A stretch of 64,000 bases of DNA from Setoptus koraiensis (Eukaryota; Animalia; Arthropoda), in NCBI GenBank assembly GCA_048013815.1, contig CM106586.1, positions 4,960,001-5,024,000 of the forward strand, written 5' to 3'. The notes below the pieces were generated by a model that was given only the letters and a program-made list of their open reading frames with translations, had not been told where the DNA came from and ran no database searches. Both the position numbers and the translations under genes were made by a program. Each line of letters opens with the position of its first letter. Within the stretch, counting starts at the first letter, position 1. This document shows positions 37,489-50,100 of this stretch, in pieces.

Positions 37489-39807
37489 AACAAGTAATAC
37501 TGATTCTATCAGTATCACGAGCGCTTAATTTTTTGTATAGACGAGTATCGTTGGAATATTGATGCGAGTATGTGAAAACATGTCGGAGATAAACATCTAT
37601 GCCTATCAGATCGAAGTAGCCGAAAAGATGACAGAATAAATAAAAGTTCTCCAAAGGACGACTTGCATTTAGGATCTCCAGAATCAAACTGGTCTGACAT
37701 ACATAAAATTATAATTTTTGTGATCGGAAGAGCCTTCTGATCACGAATTAACCTATCGCATCACCCTTTAGTTTGACGTTTAGCCGCTAGGCGGCGTTGT
37801 TGTTTTTGACTTTTGGGGCCTCTGGGGCACCAGTCCTTCGTCATAGAGACTAATTCTAGCTATTGTTGGATGGATCTTTGTAAAATGCTTCTATGAAGGG
37901 TATAATTTTTCCCTAGGCTTGAATCCAAGTCAGAAAAAAAAATGAAAATAAAACTTTGGCCCCTTTTTGTGGGTACCCAAGAATGTCCGCCCAGAGATTT
38001 GACAGCTCATAAAAATACCCCTATATAAGAGCTTCAAAATGATAAATGAAACATCGAAATCAAAATGAACGTCGATGACCAAAAATGAAAAAAACCACAC
38101 ACACATCCTCTCGAATTTGAGATAAAAGGCAGATCGGGTGCTCCGTTGAATGACGGCCAAGCCTTAATTCGGTATTCTGGGTATTTTTGGGTAGGGTATT
38201 GTACCTTGATACCCGAGTGGGTATTTCAGGGGTGCGGAAATTCTTCATCACCGAGATACCAGAGGTACCGCATTCCGGGTATTGAAGGGTATTTGAAGGC
38301 ATATTGACATTGGAATAAAGGTGATTCATCCCCAATCTTCACTCGTGCACTGATTGAATGGTACTGTCAGTACTACTGACCCCCTTTTCGATCTTCACCG
38401 ACTCGGCCTTGGGCCTCCCAACATCTTAAGCAGTGCGTATGCGTACCTAACACAACCAACAGTGAATTTCTAACGGTTCAGGTGACGCAGAGTGTGAATT
38501 TTCACTCTACTTCAAAATTGATATAACAATCTAGACAACTGTGCGAAGATAATTGTTTTGAGGCCCCTTAGAGGCCCGAAATTCGGGTTTTTTCTTATCT
38601 CCGGAAGTAGGCTCTACCGCACTTCTGGACTATCAAGTACGTCTTTATGAGCTCATTCATAGCCCACGTGTCGATTTTTATGGAAATCGAGCTTGGCTCC
38701 TAATCAGCAGAGCACCCGATGTGCCTTATATCTCTAATTCGAGGGGATGTGTGTGTGGTTTTTTTCATTTTTGGTCATCGACGTTCATTTTGATTTCGAT
38801 GTTTCATTTATCATTTTGAAGCTCTTATATAGTGGTATTTTTGTGAGCTATCAAATCTCTGGGCGGACATTCTTGGGGCCCCACAAAATGGGGCCAAAGT
38901 TTTCTTTTGATTTTTTCCGGACTTGGATTCAAGTCTAGGGAAAAAATTATACCCTTCATAGATGCGTTTTTCAAAGATCTATCCAACGATACCAAGAACG
39001 TGTCTCTATGACAAGAGACTGGGGCTCCAGAGGCCCCCAAAGCGAAAAACAGCAACGCCGCCTAGTGGCTTAACGACGAACTGAAGGATGATGCAATTGG
39101 TATATTCGTAATCAGAAGGCTCTTCCGATCACAAAAATTATAATTTTATGTATGTCAGACCAGTTTGATTCTGGAGATCCTAAATGCAAGTCGTCCTTTC
39201 TATCGCAGCATGATACACATGTTGATTTCTTGCGTACGGAATTTAATAAGATTCTAATGGTCAGTTTCGCCACCATGAGTAAATCGAAATGTGAACTTCG
39301 AATTGTTGCCACCAAACTTCGGAATGTGACCATCGAACATTGACCACGGAACTCTGACCATCGAACAAGCAGCAGTAAGTCTTATCAGGAATTTGAATTT
39401 TCAATTTCGAATTTCGAAGTTCGAATTGTCACCACCGAACTCTGATCACCGAACTCTGACCATCAAACATCGACGGAGCAGATGAAACTCATTTCAGAAG
39501 ATCGAATTTTCAATTTCGAAGTTCGAATTGTGACCATCGAACTCTGACCATGGAACTGAGAACACTGAACCACTAAATTCGAACTAGCAGCTGAAACTCC
39601 TATTAGAAATTCGAATTTTCAATTTTGAAGTTCGATTTGTCACCACCGAACTGCGCACAAATGTGACCTACATAGGAATACATGTGTAATGTCTAACAGG
39701 ATTCTCACAATTTTGACTAAGTCAAACCTCGATGGGATTGCATACTCACGTGAGTAAACGTATCCAACATCACTACCCCAGTAGCTACTTAATTAAAACT
39801 AAGCGCT
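37489..39807 (-). mobile_element. HINE-like element with nested Spy-type insertion
   Basis: 3' hairpin ATACTGAT-TCT-ATCAGTAT plus GCGCTTAATT at ~37497-37530, and 5' end at 39807. Confidence 0.6.
37656..39196. mobile_element. Spy-type element copy 2, 1541 bp, opposite internal orientation
   Basis: Junctions GTTCTCCAAA|GGAC...GTCC|TTTCTATCGCAG. The empty site GTTCTCCAAATTTCTATCGCAG is seen on the minus strand at ~35525-35545. Confidence 0.8.
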
Positions 39808-39869
39808 TAAAATATATTCTATACTTCAACCAAGCCGTGAGCAAATCATCAAAAAAGACAAGAAGATGA

Positions 39870-40310
39870 TACAATATAGATGTCTGGCGCACGTTATCAA
39901 TTGTGATAGGTCACAGAGCTAGCCAGGATGGCCCACTCACGTTAGCATTGAGCAAGGCAAGCGAAGTTGTGAACTATGTCAACAACCATAGAGAGTTGAG
40001 ATTGGAGCTATCGAAGAAGAAGGATGCATCCAGACTATTCCTTGATGTTCCTACGAGATGGTATTCATTGCAAGCCCTCATTTCTAGCCCCCTGAAAAAT
40101 CGTCTCAATCTTGAGGAACTTGCATCAAAGGAACCCAGCCTGTAAAACGATCGTTGCTTAAAATCTGTTCAAGACCTGAGATTTTGAGCATCATTGCAAG
40201 CAGCATCCGACCTCTCCGAGCCTCTCTGCAACTTGACTGGCTGTATTGAGGGAAAGGATGCCGTAATCTCGGATGCAGCTGGCTTGGCCGTTGTTGTTAT
40301 TGTATTTATA
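39870..40310 (+). pseudogene. hAT transposase fragment
   Basis: CLAHVIN (CxxH-type motif), LDVPTRWYS (TRWNS-like) and, after a frameshift, SEPLCNLTGCIEGKDAVISDA. Confidence 0.7.
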
Positions 40311-40589
40311 TCCAAATAAGTATGTTTAGACAGAGCAGCTCAATGACAACGAGTGTTTGTTGAGATGCCTTCTTAGCGCTTAATTTTAATTAAGTAGCTA
40401 TTGATGTGGTTCTGGGCTCTACGTTTATTCACGTAGGTAGAACAAATCAGTGCTTTTTAGCGCTTAATTTTAATTAAGTAGCTATTGGGGTGGTGATGAT
40501 GACTACGTTTATTCACGTGACAGAACAAATCGGATATTGTATCAAATAGGTGAAAATTCGTTTCCCCTTGTTTCTTATTTGTTATTCTC

Positions 40590-41098
40590 TGTTGGTTGGT
40601 TCCTTCACTCGTCCCGCCTGCAGCTGTGTTTGGATTGCAGTCATGTGAGCGGAGGGTAGAGGGCGCAGCCCGATACCCGAAGCGCTAATCAACCCTACCC
40701 GAAGGGTTCCCGTCGCACGCAGTCGTCGCGGGAGCGACGACGGAGATGTGACGGCCTCCTGAATACGAGGCCGCAGGCCGAGTTCTGAGAACAATTGCAG
40801 GCTCATCCCTGAGTGTAGCGAAGCATGAATTTGGCAACTTCCGGTCTCTCAACTCTTGAGATATCGCTATAACCAGAGAACCGGAAGTGGTAAAGAGCGG
40901 AAACTTATGTCATCGTGTTTATCGTCATCTAGAACGTCAGTCTGGTGAGTTTCAACTCTCTAGGAGCAACTTTAGGTAAAACCGGAACCTGAAGTTTCCG
41001 CACTTCCGGACCACTTTTTCTGATGATTTGGGGTCAAGATGGACCGGTACCGGAAGTTTCATCACGATCGGCGCATGGACCTAATCGCTACAACAACC
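40590..41098 (+). mobile_element. truncated Merlin derivative (structured core plus one end)
   Basis: Core module plus terminus CTAATCGCTACAACAACC at 41098. Left boundary approximate. Confidence 0.75.
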
Positions 41099-41368
41099 GA
41101 TAGTAGGTCCACATGGCACATGAGCTATGTAATTATCATAATCATCAAGCTTGAAAAGTTTATAATCACCGGCCAGATCCTTGAATCCAATTCGACATAC
41201 CATAGGTGGCAGCATACGCATGGTCCCGATATTAACAGCTTTTTTCATAAGCACATTGCTGGAGCTTGCCATGAGGGTATGTACCTGATTGACAAAGGTG
41301 ACAATACCCTCAGTATTACGCTGCTGGCCATAGTATCTGGGCTCTGGCATACTAGACGGGAGATTTTT

Positions 41369-42876
41369 AGCGCTTAATTTTAATCAAGCGCTAATGATGT
41401 AGTGATGATGGATCCTAAATGGAGGAGGCAATTCACACACAAGCCTACAATTTTGAGTCACGCCCCCTCCTTAGCACACAGAAAGCTACAGCCTGTATGA
41501 GACATGAGTCGCTCCACCTCCCCAACACACAGTAGGCTACACACTAGTTTGAGACTTAAGTCGCTCCACCTCCTCAGCACACAGTGAGCTACAGCCTTAA
41601 TGAGACTTAAGTCGCTACGCTCTCTAGTACACGGTAAGCTACAGCTTGATTTGGACTTAAGTCATTCCACTCTCTTAGCACACCAAAAAACAACGAATAT
41701 TATAATCCAAGAATTCCCAGACAAGTTGTGGATTGATTTGCTATCATTTGACCGACCCTTAAATATGAGTGAAATCAATGTCATGTCGAAGACAATTCAA
41801 TTTGAAAACGATGTACGCCTAAACATCTATCTTAAATGCAAAAGAGGGTTTGCTAGGTATGACAACTTGCTGAGACAAAGGAAAACTCATTCAGGTAATG
41901 GAAATTCTCATTTTCATAAATTCGAAGAATTTATTATGTATAATTTAATTCAGTAAAATTTCTTTCCATTGTAGAAAACCAGAGAAAATTTCCATGTCCA
42001 ACTTGCAAATCGATTTTCAATAGGAAGGACAGTTTGACTAAACACATTAAATTGTATTCATGTGGTACCAAAAATTCGATAAGATGATCGGAATGGAATT
42101 CGAAACATAGGCGAAGAGTTGGTCAAATAATGGTTGAAAGTATGATGGTGGGGACGAAGACTAACATTCAGTAAAGATAGACGAGTGGAATTGCTCATCT
42201 TATCACAACAGATGTGAGATCTGAGCTATTAAAATATCTAAACATTACATATGTTAACTCTATGGAGATGAGAGTTTCTCAAATCCCGTGTTAAAGTATC
42301 TAAACATTACACATGTTAACTCTATGGAGATTTGAGTCTCGCAATTCCCGTGTTAAAGTATCTAAACATTACATATATTAACCCTATGGAGATTCGAGTC
42401 TCTCAATTTCTTTGTTGAAGCTTCCAAGGAAAACAGATTGAAAAATTCATTCGAGAGCCACCAAATTTACACTGTCGAACATCCTATCTATGGCTATCTA
42501 GTGTGCGAAAATTGGCAATTTAATCTTGACAAACTTGGAAACTATGGCTGATTTTCGAAAATAAAACAGTGCATGAAAATGCGGATGCACCATAGCAATC
42601 AAGTATCGTTCAAATATAGATGCGAGTATGTGACACCATGTCGGAGTTGAACATCTATGCCTGTCGAATCAGAGTAGCCGAAAAGATGACATAGTAAATA
42701 CAAGTTCTTCAAATTCCTATCACAACGTGATACACATTTCGACCTACTACTCTGATCTGACAGGCATAGATGTTCATCTTTGACAAGGTGTCACATACTC
42801 GCATCCATATCCCAACGATAACCGTCTATCCAAGAAATTAAGCGCTCGAGATACTGACGGAATCAGTATCACTTTT
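41369..42876 (+). mobile_element. Helentron-associated interspersed element (HINE/DINE-1-like)
   Basis: 5' TT|AGCGCTTAATTTTAATCAAGCGCT (subTIR plus inverted repeat), internal tandem repeats, and 3' AATTAAGCGCT followed by hairpin GATACTGA-CGGAA-TCAGTATC and a T-rich end. Confidence 0.65.
41780..42060 (+). pseudogene. degenerate tandem C2H2 zinc-finger fragment with an 80-nt intron, inside a HINE
   Basis: KCKRGFARYDNLLRQRKTHS, GT-AG intron 41895-41974, then ENQRKFPCPTCKSIFNRKDSLTKHIKLY. Confidence 0.6.
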
Positions 42877-43299
42877 CTTCCTTTGGTTTAGCCTCATCAG
42901 CCTTGGCCTCCTCAGCCGGTGCCTCTTCGGGCTTGGATTCTGCGGGGTGAGGATTGGAGGCCGCTACCGCGGAAGTTGCCTCTCGCTCACCTGGTTGATT
43001 TCAGCCTCAATCAAATTTGCATATTATTGTCATTAGAACAATGCGAAAATTAATGCTTAACATCAATATTGGAAAATATATCTGTGCTGCTGTTGCTCTC
43101 GTTAATCGATCGCTTCCATTTAGAAGCTGCTTCGGCAGGTTGGGCAGCCTGCTGGGGCGCCCCAGGAGCCGGTTGCGGCGGAATCTGAGCTGATTCGACG
43201 CCCTGTTCATTGGTTGCCGGATTAATTGGCAACCAACCACCTGCAAGAGATTTTCCTGAATCTATGATACCTTTTCCAAATTCACACAAACATCGATGG

Positions 43300-43800
43300 C
43301 CTGGTGCAGGTTTATCTGTTCTAAAGATGTTCTCAGTGATTTTCTCTGTGATTACGTAAGGTCCAGTTTTACGTGGCTTAAGCTTTCGCTGCAGATGCTT
43401 AGGTACATCGATCATGACTTTGTTTTGACATTGAATATCTGATAGCTTACGATGCTTATTGATCCTCTTTGCATCATAATTTTGTTGCCTAATTGTATTA
43501 CTGATTGCTCTAGTAGGACTAATAGATTTATCCAACAAATCAGTTGGCCTGAATCCCGTGACACGATGTATCGTGTTGTTGTACGATTGAACAATCTTTT
43601 GTAGTTGAGTTGACCATTCGAGTCCCTCAGATGAATATTGCGCCAATGCTTCATAAATGGTTTTATATTGATAGAATTAGATAAGACACGTGTTACTGGA
43701 ACTGCGCCGAATACCATAATCAAAGCTGCAGAGCGAGGTTGACGACCAGGATTATCCAGGACAAACATGAATATAAATCTCAGACAAACACTCACAACCA
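43300..43800 (-). pseudogene. Ty3/gypsy integrase C-terminal fragment
   Basis: WSTQLQKIVQSYNNTIHRVTGFRP and KLKPRKTGPY (GPY/F module). Confidence 0.75.
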
Positions 43801-43828
43801 TCCACCTTCTCCGACCAAAATTTAAAGG

Positions 43829-44467
43829 ATGGATACTATGCATAAAATGCGCAAACAAGCCGCGACATCACATGATAAGCCGGCGGTTATAATCAACGAA
43901 GTTCAGAGAGATCTCTCAAGAGATGCATTAGCTGCCATCCCAAGCACATCGGCCCAACGCCAAATTATAAGAGGAGAGAGAGGAAATGAGGCACCAAAAG
44001 AACCGGCCTCCCTCGCGGATCTAGATGTGCCTGAAGAGTTGAAATTGAGCATTTCTGGAGAGCAATTCCTCATTGCTGACTCTCGCGTCGGAAGCCAGCG
44101 AGTAATTTCATTAGGTTCACATCGCTCATCAGAGCTATTGAGCGTCTCTCCGATGATACTCATGGACGGAACGTTCTTCATTGCGCCTAAATTGTTCTAC
44201 CAAGTATATAGCATCTTTGGTATTGCCGGCACTAGAAAGAGCCGAAAGGCATTTCTTCTCATGTATGTGCTCATGAGTTCTAAATCGAAAGATTTATATA
44301 AACGTATGTTCCAAGATTTGAAAAGTTACTTTATAGAAAAGGATTTAATATTTCAGCCAGGTATCTTCTTAACCGATTTTGAACGTGGTGCGGTTCAAGC
44401 CATAAGAGAGGAATTTTCAGACTCTAAACAATGTGGACGTCTATTTCACTTTGCCCAGATTGTCTAA
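43829..44467 (+). pseudogene. MULE (Mutator-like) transposase fragment
   Basis: LMDGTFFIAPKLFYQVYSI, YVLMSSKSKDLY, LTDFERGAVQAIREEF and a degenerate GCxFHF.Q motif (GRLFHFAQ). Ends in a premature stop. Confidence 0.85.
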
Positions 44468-45087
44468 AGAGGCATAATGCCGTTGAGAACCGCTCCACCA
44501 AGAGCTTCAATCACGGATCGCCCAAGAGACAACTCTATGAACTTGAAAGATATCTTCAGTCCTGCCACTGTCCTGATGTGACGCCTAACCTGTGGTGCAG
44601 TGGCAAAAATATAGGCATCCCCCTCAGGAGACTTCCTTATGATTTTCCCACTCAACAAATGAGACATCATGGTGTGCACAGCCACATTATTGAGTATACC
44701 TATGTGAAAAACTTTGGCATATCGAGTAAATCCTGGAAGATGGGATGGTATTCCCATATCAATATACATGACCTGCGGTCGGATGTGATAATCTTTCATA
44801 ACTACAGATCCGGGTTTTGGCTGCTCGAAAAAACTATGTTCTATTGGTATTAAGAGGGAAGCTCGATTGGCCATAAATTCCTCTGTGAGCACATGGGCGT
44901 CTCCGGACCCAACTATGATGTCCTTACTGGGATAAATAACCTTACAAAAGAGAAATTCCCCTCTATGATTTGTGAATATGGTGTTGAGAGCTATATCGCA
45001 GTCGTTCCCACACTGTCCGGGAAGATGGGCGAAAATAATGCCGGCTTTCTTACTATTGACAATCTTGTCTATTACGGTACTAGACAT
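44464..45087 (-). pseudogene. possible degenerate LTR-retrotransposon protease/pol linker
   Basis: 207-aa ORF with a weak resemblance to the aspartic-protease region (IVNSKKAGII) and the pre-RT linker (VRRHIRT). The catalytic DSG is absent. Confidence 0.3.
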
Positions 45088-46205
45088 TAGTTATAAAATT
45101 TATAATGTATCTCATTCAGATACAAAACTTAAAACATATATTACAGATCATAAATACTTACGTTTCATTCGATATGCGTTAGATATGATGATGATCAACT
45201 GTAATTATGAATATGGATACTTATATAACAACCAATAATCGTTGGAAAATAGATGCGAAAATGTGACAACATGTCAGAGGTACACATTTAAGCCTGTCAG
45301 ATCAGAGTAGCCGAATAGATGAAGGAATAAATCCAAGTTCTCCAAATATCTATCGCAGCATGCTAAACATGTTGATTGCTTACGTACGAAATCTAGTAGG
45401 ATTCTAATGGTCAGTTTCGCCATAATGAGTAAATTGGTTAGACACACCATCATCAGGGATTCGAATTTTCACTTTCAAATTTCGACTCCAAATTATGACC
45501 ATCGAACACTGACCATCGAACACTGACCACCGTTGCAAGATAAATTGGCCACCTCAGGAATCTGTCCCGACCAGGTAACGTATCAGACGTGAGAGGGTTC
45601 TTGGGTGCTATGGGCTGCTGTAGACGGTTCGTGCCAAATTTAGCCTAAGTTAGTAGCCCATTAGCTGACCTAACAAAGAAAGGCCAGGGTTGGCAGCTTT
45701 TAATGGCCTCGTAAATCTCCTCCTAACGTCAGAAGGAATCGGCCATTACGACCCCCAGGCAGTAACGTCATTGACAAGTGATACTGATTCCGTCAGTATC
45801 TCGAGCGCTTAATTTCTTGGATAGACGGTTATCGTTGGGATATGGATGCGAGTATGTGACACCTTGTCAAAGATGAACATCTATGCCTGTCAGATCAGAG
45901 TAGTCGGTCAACATGTGTATCACTTTGTGATGATGAAGAACTTGTATTTATCATGTCATCTTTTCGGCTACTCTGATTCGACAGGCATAGATCTTCAACT
46001 CCGACATGTTATAACATACTCGCATCTATATTTGAACGATACTTAATCGCTATGATGCATCCGCATTTCCATGCACTATTTTGTTTTCGAAAATCAGCCA
46101 TAGTTTCCAAGTTTGTCAAGATAAGATTGCCAGTTTTCGCACACTAGATAGCCATAGATAGAATGTTCGGCAGTGCGAATTCGGTGGCTTTCGAATGAAT
46201 TTTTC

Positions 46206-47074
46206 GGGTGTTCTTGCGATTAAGTCCCCACTCAGATTTCGATGAAACTTCACACATGGGTCCCGTAGGGGCCCCATATCATGGAATGAGTAGACCGGAA
46301 GCCAGGAAACTTCCGGTTCCGGAGTTACCAAAAGATCGAGATAGAGCTTTGAAAATTCATAATCGAATATATGACGCCTAGCGGAGCACGATGAAATCAA
46401 AATTAATCTTCTGCCGCTTCCGGTTACCTAGATATAGCTGTTTAACGCAAAAAAGGGTGTGGCCGGGCCCTGTGCGGTCGCGATGAGCGGACCCATCCTG
46501 TGCCTCGTGCGCGCAACACCCTGTATCCATGTCTGTTTCGGTCATATTAACCCTGAATATCAACGAATTAGTTGGTTCGTTCACTCTTCCCGCCTGCAGC
46601 TGTGTTTGGATTGCAGTCATGTGAGCGGAGGGTAGAGGGCGCAGCCCGATACCCGAAGCGCTCATCAACCCTACCCGAAGGGTTCCCGTCGCACGCAGTC
46701 GTCGCGGTAGCGACGACGGAGATGTGACGGCCTCCAGAATACGAGGCCGCAGGCCGAGTTCTCAGACACACCGCATGTGCATCCCTGAGCGCAGCGAAGC
46801 AATAATTTGGTCACTTCCGGTATTCTAACCCCAGTAATATCTCTATATCTCGAAAACCGGAAGTCGCACAGAGCTGAAAATTATGTCATCGTGTTCAGCG
46901 TAGCTTGAAACGTCTCTGTAGTGAATTTCAGAGCTCTAGCTTTAACTTTATGTAAAACCGGAACCGGAAGTTTCCTGGCTTCCGGACCACTTTTTTCGTC
47001 TTAGTTAGGTCAGAATAGACCTATACCGGAAGTTTCATCAAGATCCGGTTGGGGACCTAATCGCTAGAACAACC
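46206..47074 (+). mobile_element. non-autonomous Merlin derivative, near-identical inverted copy of 30560-31428
   Basis: The identical 96-aa spurious ORF appears in both copies (30966-31256+ and 46378-46668-). Both TIRs present, no TSD. Confidence 0.9.
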
Positions 47075-47464
47075 CAAATCTCCATAGAGTTAACATGTGT
47101 AATGTTTAGATGCTTTAACATCAATCAACCATTGATCGAATTGGACTAAGTTGCTGCGAAATTTCCCATCATTGAAATAACCTTCTTCGTGCTCAACCAA
47201 CAAATGATCTCTAGTCTCATTGTGAAACTCGAACCACGAATGTAAACAAGCTACAGAGCCAGCTATCTACACACGAGACTTGTAATCAACAATTTGTAAA
47301 CAAGAAAACGAGCCAGGTATCTACACACTAAATGTAGAAATTGATCAATGATTGAACAGCCTGCAGAGCCAGCTATCTACACACGAGACTGTGAAGCAAC
47401 AACATGTAAACAAATTTTGAACAGCTAGAATGTGATGATGAGGTGGCAGACTTAAATTTAGATC

Positions 47465-47700
47465 ATGTCTGTAGCTCACTGTGTATTAGGGAGCGGAGCT
47501 ACTTAAGTCTCAATTTAGTCTGTAGCTTACTGTGTGCTGAGGAGGTGGAGTGACTTAAGTCTCAATCAAGCTGTAGCTTACTGTGTGCTAAGGAGGTGGA
47601 GTGACTTAAGTCTCAATCGAGCTGAAGCTTACTGTGTGCTGAGGAGGTGGAGTGACTTAAGTCTCAATCAAGCTGTAGCTTACTGTGTGCTAAGGAGTGG
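47465..47700. repeat. 51-bp tandem repeat inside a HINE (relatives at ~41460-41680 and ~53270-53600)
   Basis: Unit TGTAGCTTACTGTGTGCTGAGGAGGTGGAGTGACTTAAGTCTCAATCAAGC, at least 4 head-to-tail copies with no spacers. Confidence 0.9.
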
Positions 47701-47799
47701 GCGTGACTTAAAATTGTAGGCTTGTGTGTGGATTGCCTCCTCTATTTAGGATCCAACATCACTACATCATTAGCGCTTAATTGAAATTAAGCGCTAAAA

Positions 47800-48155
47800 A
47801 CTGACGCAAGCCGTGAGGGGATCGGAGTGGTTCTGTTACAAAAAGGCAAAGATGGAAGGGACAGAATCATTGCCAGCGCCAGGAGACGAATGTCCGTTGC
47901 TGAGTCACGGTATCCCGTGACAGGTAGAGGCGCTGGCGATAGTTTTTGGTGTAAACAAATTTCGCCCTTATATTATCGGCAGAGAAGTAATAATTTATAC
48001 CGACCACTGCGCCCTGTGCGCAAGAAACGACAATAAAGAGCTTCAGCGGCGTATTGCGAATTGGGCCGTGCAGCTGTCGGACTATGATCTGAAGATAGTT
48101 TACACATCTGGCAGAGAACACCATGATGTCGACTGTCTTTCTAGAGCTCCGGTGG
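47800..48155 (+). pseudogene. Ty3/gypsy RNase H fragment with frameshift
   Basis: TDASREGIGVVLLQ, then ALAIVFGVNKFRPYIIGREVIIYTDH and WAVQLSDYDLKIVYTSGREHHDVDCLSR. Confidence 0.9.
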
Positions 48156-50100
48156 GGCCGTTCAATGTCCCGGATCGTTGTGTGTTTCCTTGTTATTGTT
48201 CTAACTTAACATTTATATTTCGACAGCTAAATTACTTAACATTTATATTCCGACAGCTAAATTACTTGACATTTATTAATCGATCCGAGAGAGTTGCTCT
48301 CACAAATTTCACAGCGTCTCTCTCAAACTATTGATGATCATACATTTCATTACAAATCGTGGTTTATGTCTTTTTTTTCTGAGTAACATATAACATAGTG
48401 ACATGTTTATGTTGGAAGACTAAAGGCCATATCCTTCAATGTGACAGTCGACACCTTGGAGAAATATCACGTTATTACCACATTTCAGGCGAATCGAGTT
48501 CCTCGGTTGGTTAAGGCGAATTGAGCAAATTCCTTCCATGTTCTTCGCCTCCTGTATGTTCTCCTTCGCAAAGGCGTATATCATCTGCGTTTTATTGTTG
48601 CCATCTGTTATGTTCTTGGCTACCCAAAACGCAGCTATTAAGAAACAAGTCAGTAAGCTTAGTTATAACAGTTTGCGTAACCGGAAAGGTCTTGATCGTG
48701 ATTCTACGTTAAAGCGCTATTTGGACACACTATTACTCATACACCTAATGTTGCCTTTCTCCTCTGGCCCGCATCCAGCTCGTAATATGGGGGTCCGGCA
48801 AATGAACTCAATTAGTTAATTATTTATCTAAACCTAAACAATTGTAAATATCAACGAAACAAATACACTTCGTATGTTAATTGGCGGGGTGGTTATTGTG
48901 TGGTAAATCTTGAAGAATCGTCAAGTAAATTTTGTGAAAGTACATCGAAATCAAAAACAACAAAGGCACCGCGGTGCCTTCAGAAGAGTTTTAGTTCAAA
49001 TATTATTTGTTGCTACAATTTGTCACGCGTGACTGATACAAACTTATGCCTATGCTCGTATCTCTCCTTCGCAACGGCTGCTAGAGGCACAACTTGAGGA
49101 ATTAACTTGAACGTTTATTGGTTCTTCATCGGTATCAGAATCTGCCACCGCAGATAATGAATTCGCTACATTGGTTAATATTGTTTTGCTTAATCGGGCC
49201 AGGGCTAGGACGGCCACTTTCTCACACCGATTCTGATACCGAGGTAGCAACAAATAGTATTTGAAATAAAACTCTTCTGAAGCAGTCTCAAATGTCTTTT
49301 TGATGCTCTCGGGAGCATCTCTAGTGATATCTCAGAGGGTCTGAATCTTTGGAAATTTTATCGATTTATTGCAAAAAGTCGGGAAAAAACGGGGCTAGGT
49401 ATAGACCCATTTTGCTCAGCTCCTCAAGCTGAGTCGATCTAGGCTAACGAGGACTCAATCTGAGTCTATCAGCTGGACAGGTTTCCTTGTCAGTCGTGTA
49501 TTCGTTCAGAATACCGTGAGAGTATAAGTCTACTTCGTCACCGATTGAATGGTGATAATACATGCTATTACAGGGGTTTTTAGATCCTTGCAATTCTCAA
49601 ATCGGCTTGATTAATTCAAACTGTCTTGGCTATCAACACCCCTTTCGTTACGCCCCTTTGCTCAATCAATTAGCTTGACAGATATAAATAAAAAGGGTTG
49701 ATTTCTGACAGCTTGACTTGTATGTTTAATGATACTGAACTAAAGACACTTAGGCGCGCATCTTCTGACTGACAACCATCTGTCTCAAAAAATGGTTTGT
49801 TATCTAGTTGATTATACCTATCATCAAGTCGCGCATCATGATTAGTCACAGCCCTTGCTATATGCCGTTCATCATTGCCGCACATTGACCGTCATTATTT
49901 ATCTGTACTCAGCACATTACACACATTGACTCAACGGAGATTTGAGTCTCTCAATTCCCGTGTTGAAGTATCTAAACATTACACATGTTAGCTCTATGGA
50001 GATTTGAAATTTGATGTCTGCAAATTATCAACTCACAGAATCAAGCGCTCTTGATACTGATAAGATCAGTATTACTTGTTATGGATGATATTGAAAATCT

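Larger units (their letters stand above)
45774..47795 (-). mobile_element. HINE-like element, inverted relative of 41369-42876, with nested Merlin MITE
   Basis: The 3' ~270 bp are the near-exact reverse complement of ~42600-42873. 5' palindrome TAGCGCTTAATT-GA-AATTAAGCGCTA. Confidence 0.65.

Noticed and set aside
47465-47700. CRISPR-like array
   Set aside because: Head-to-tail 51-bp units with no unique spacers, in a eukaryotic repeat, with no cas genes.
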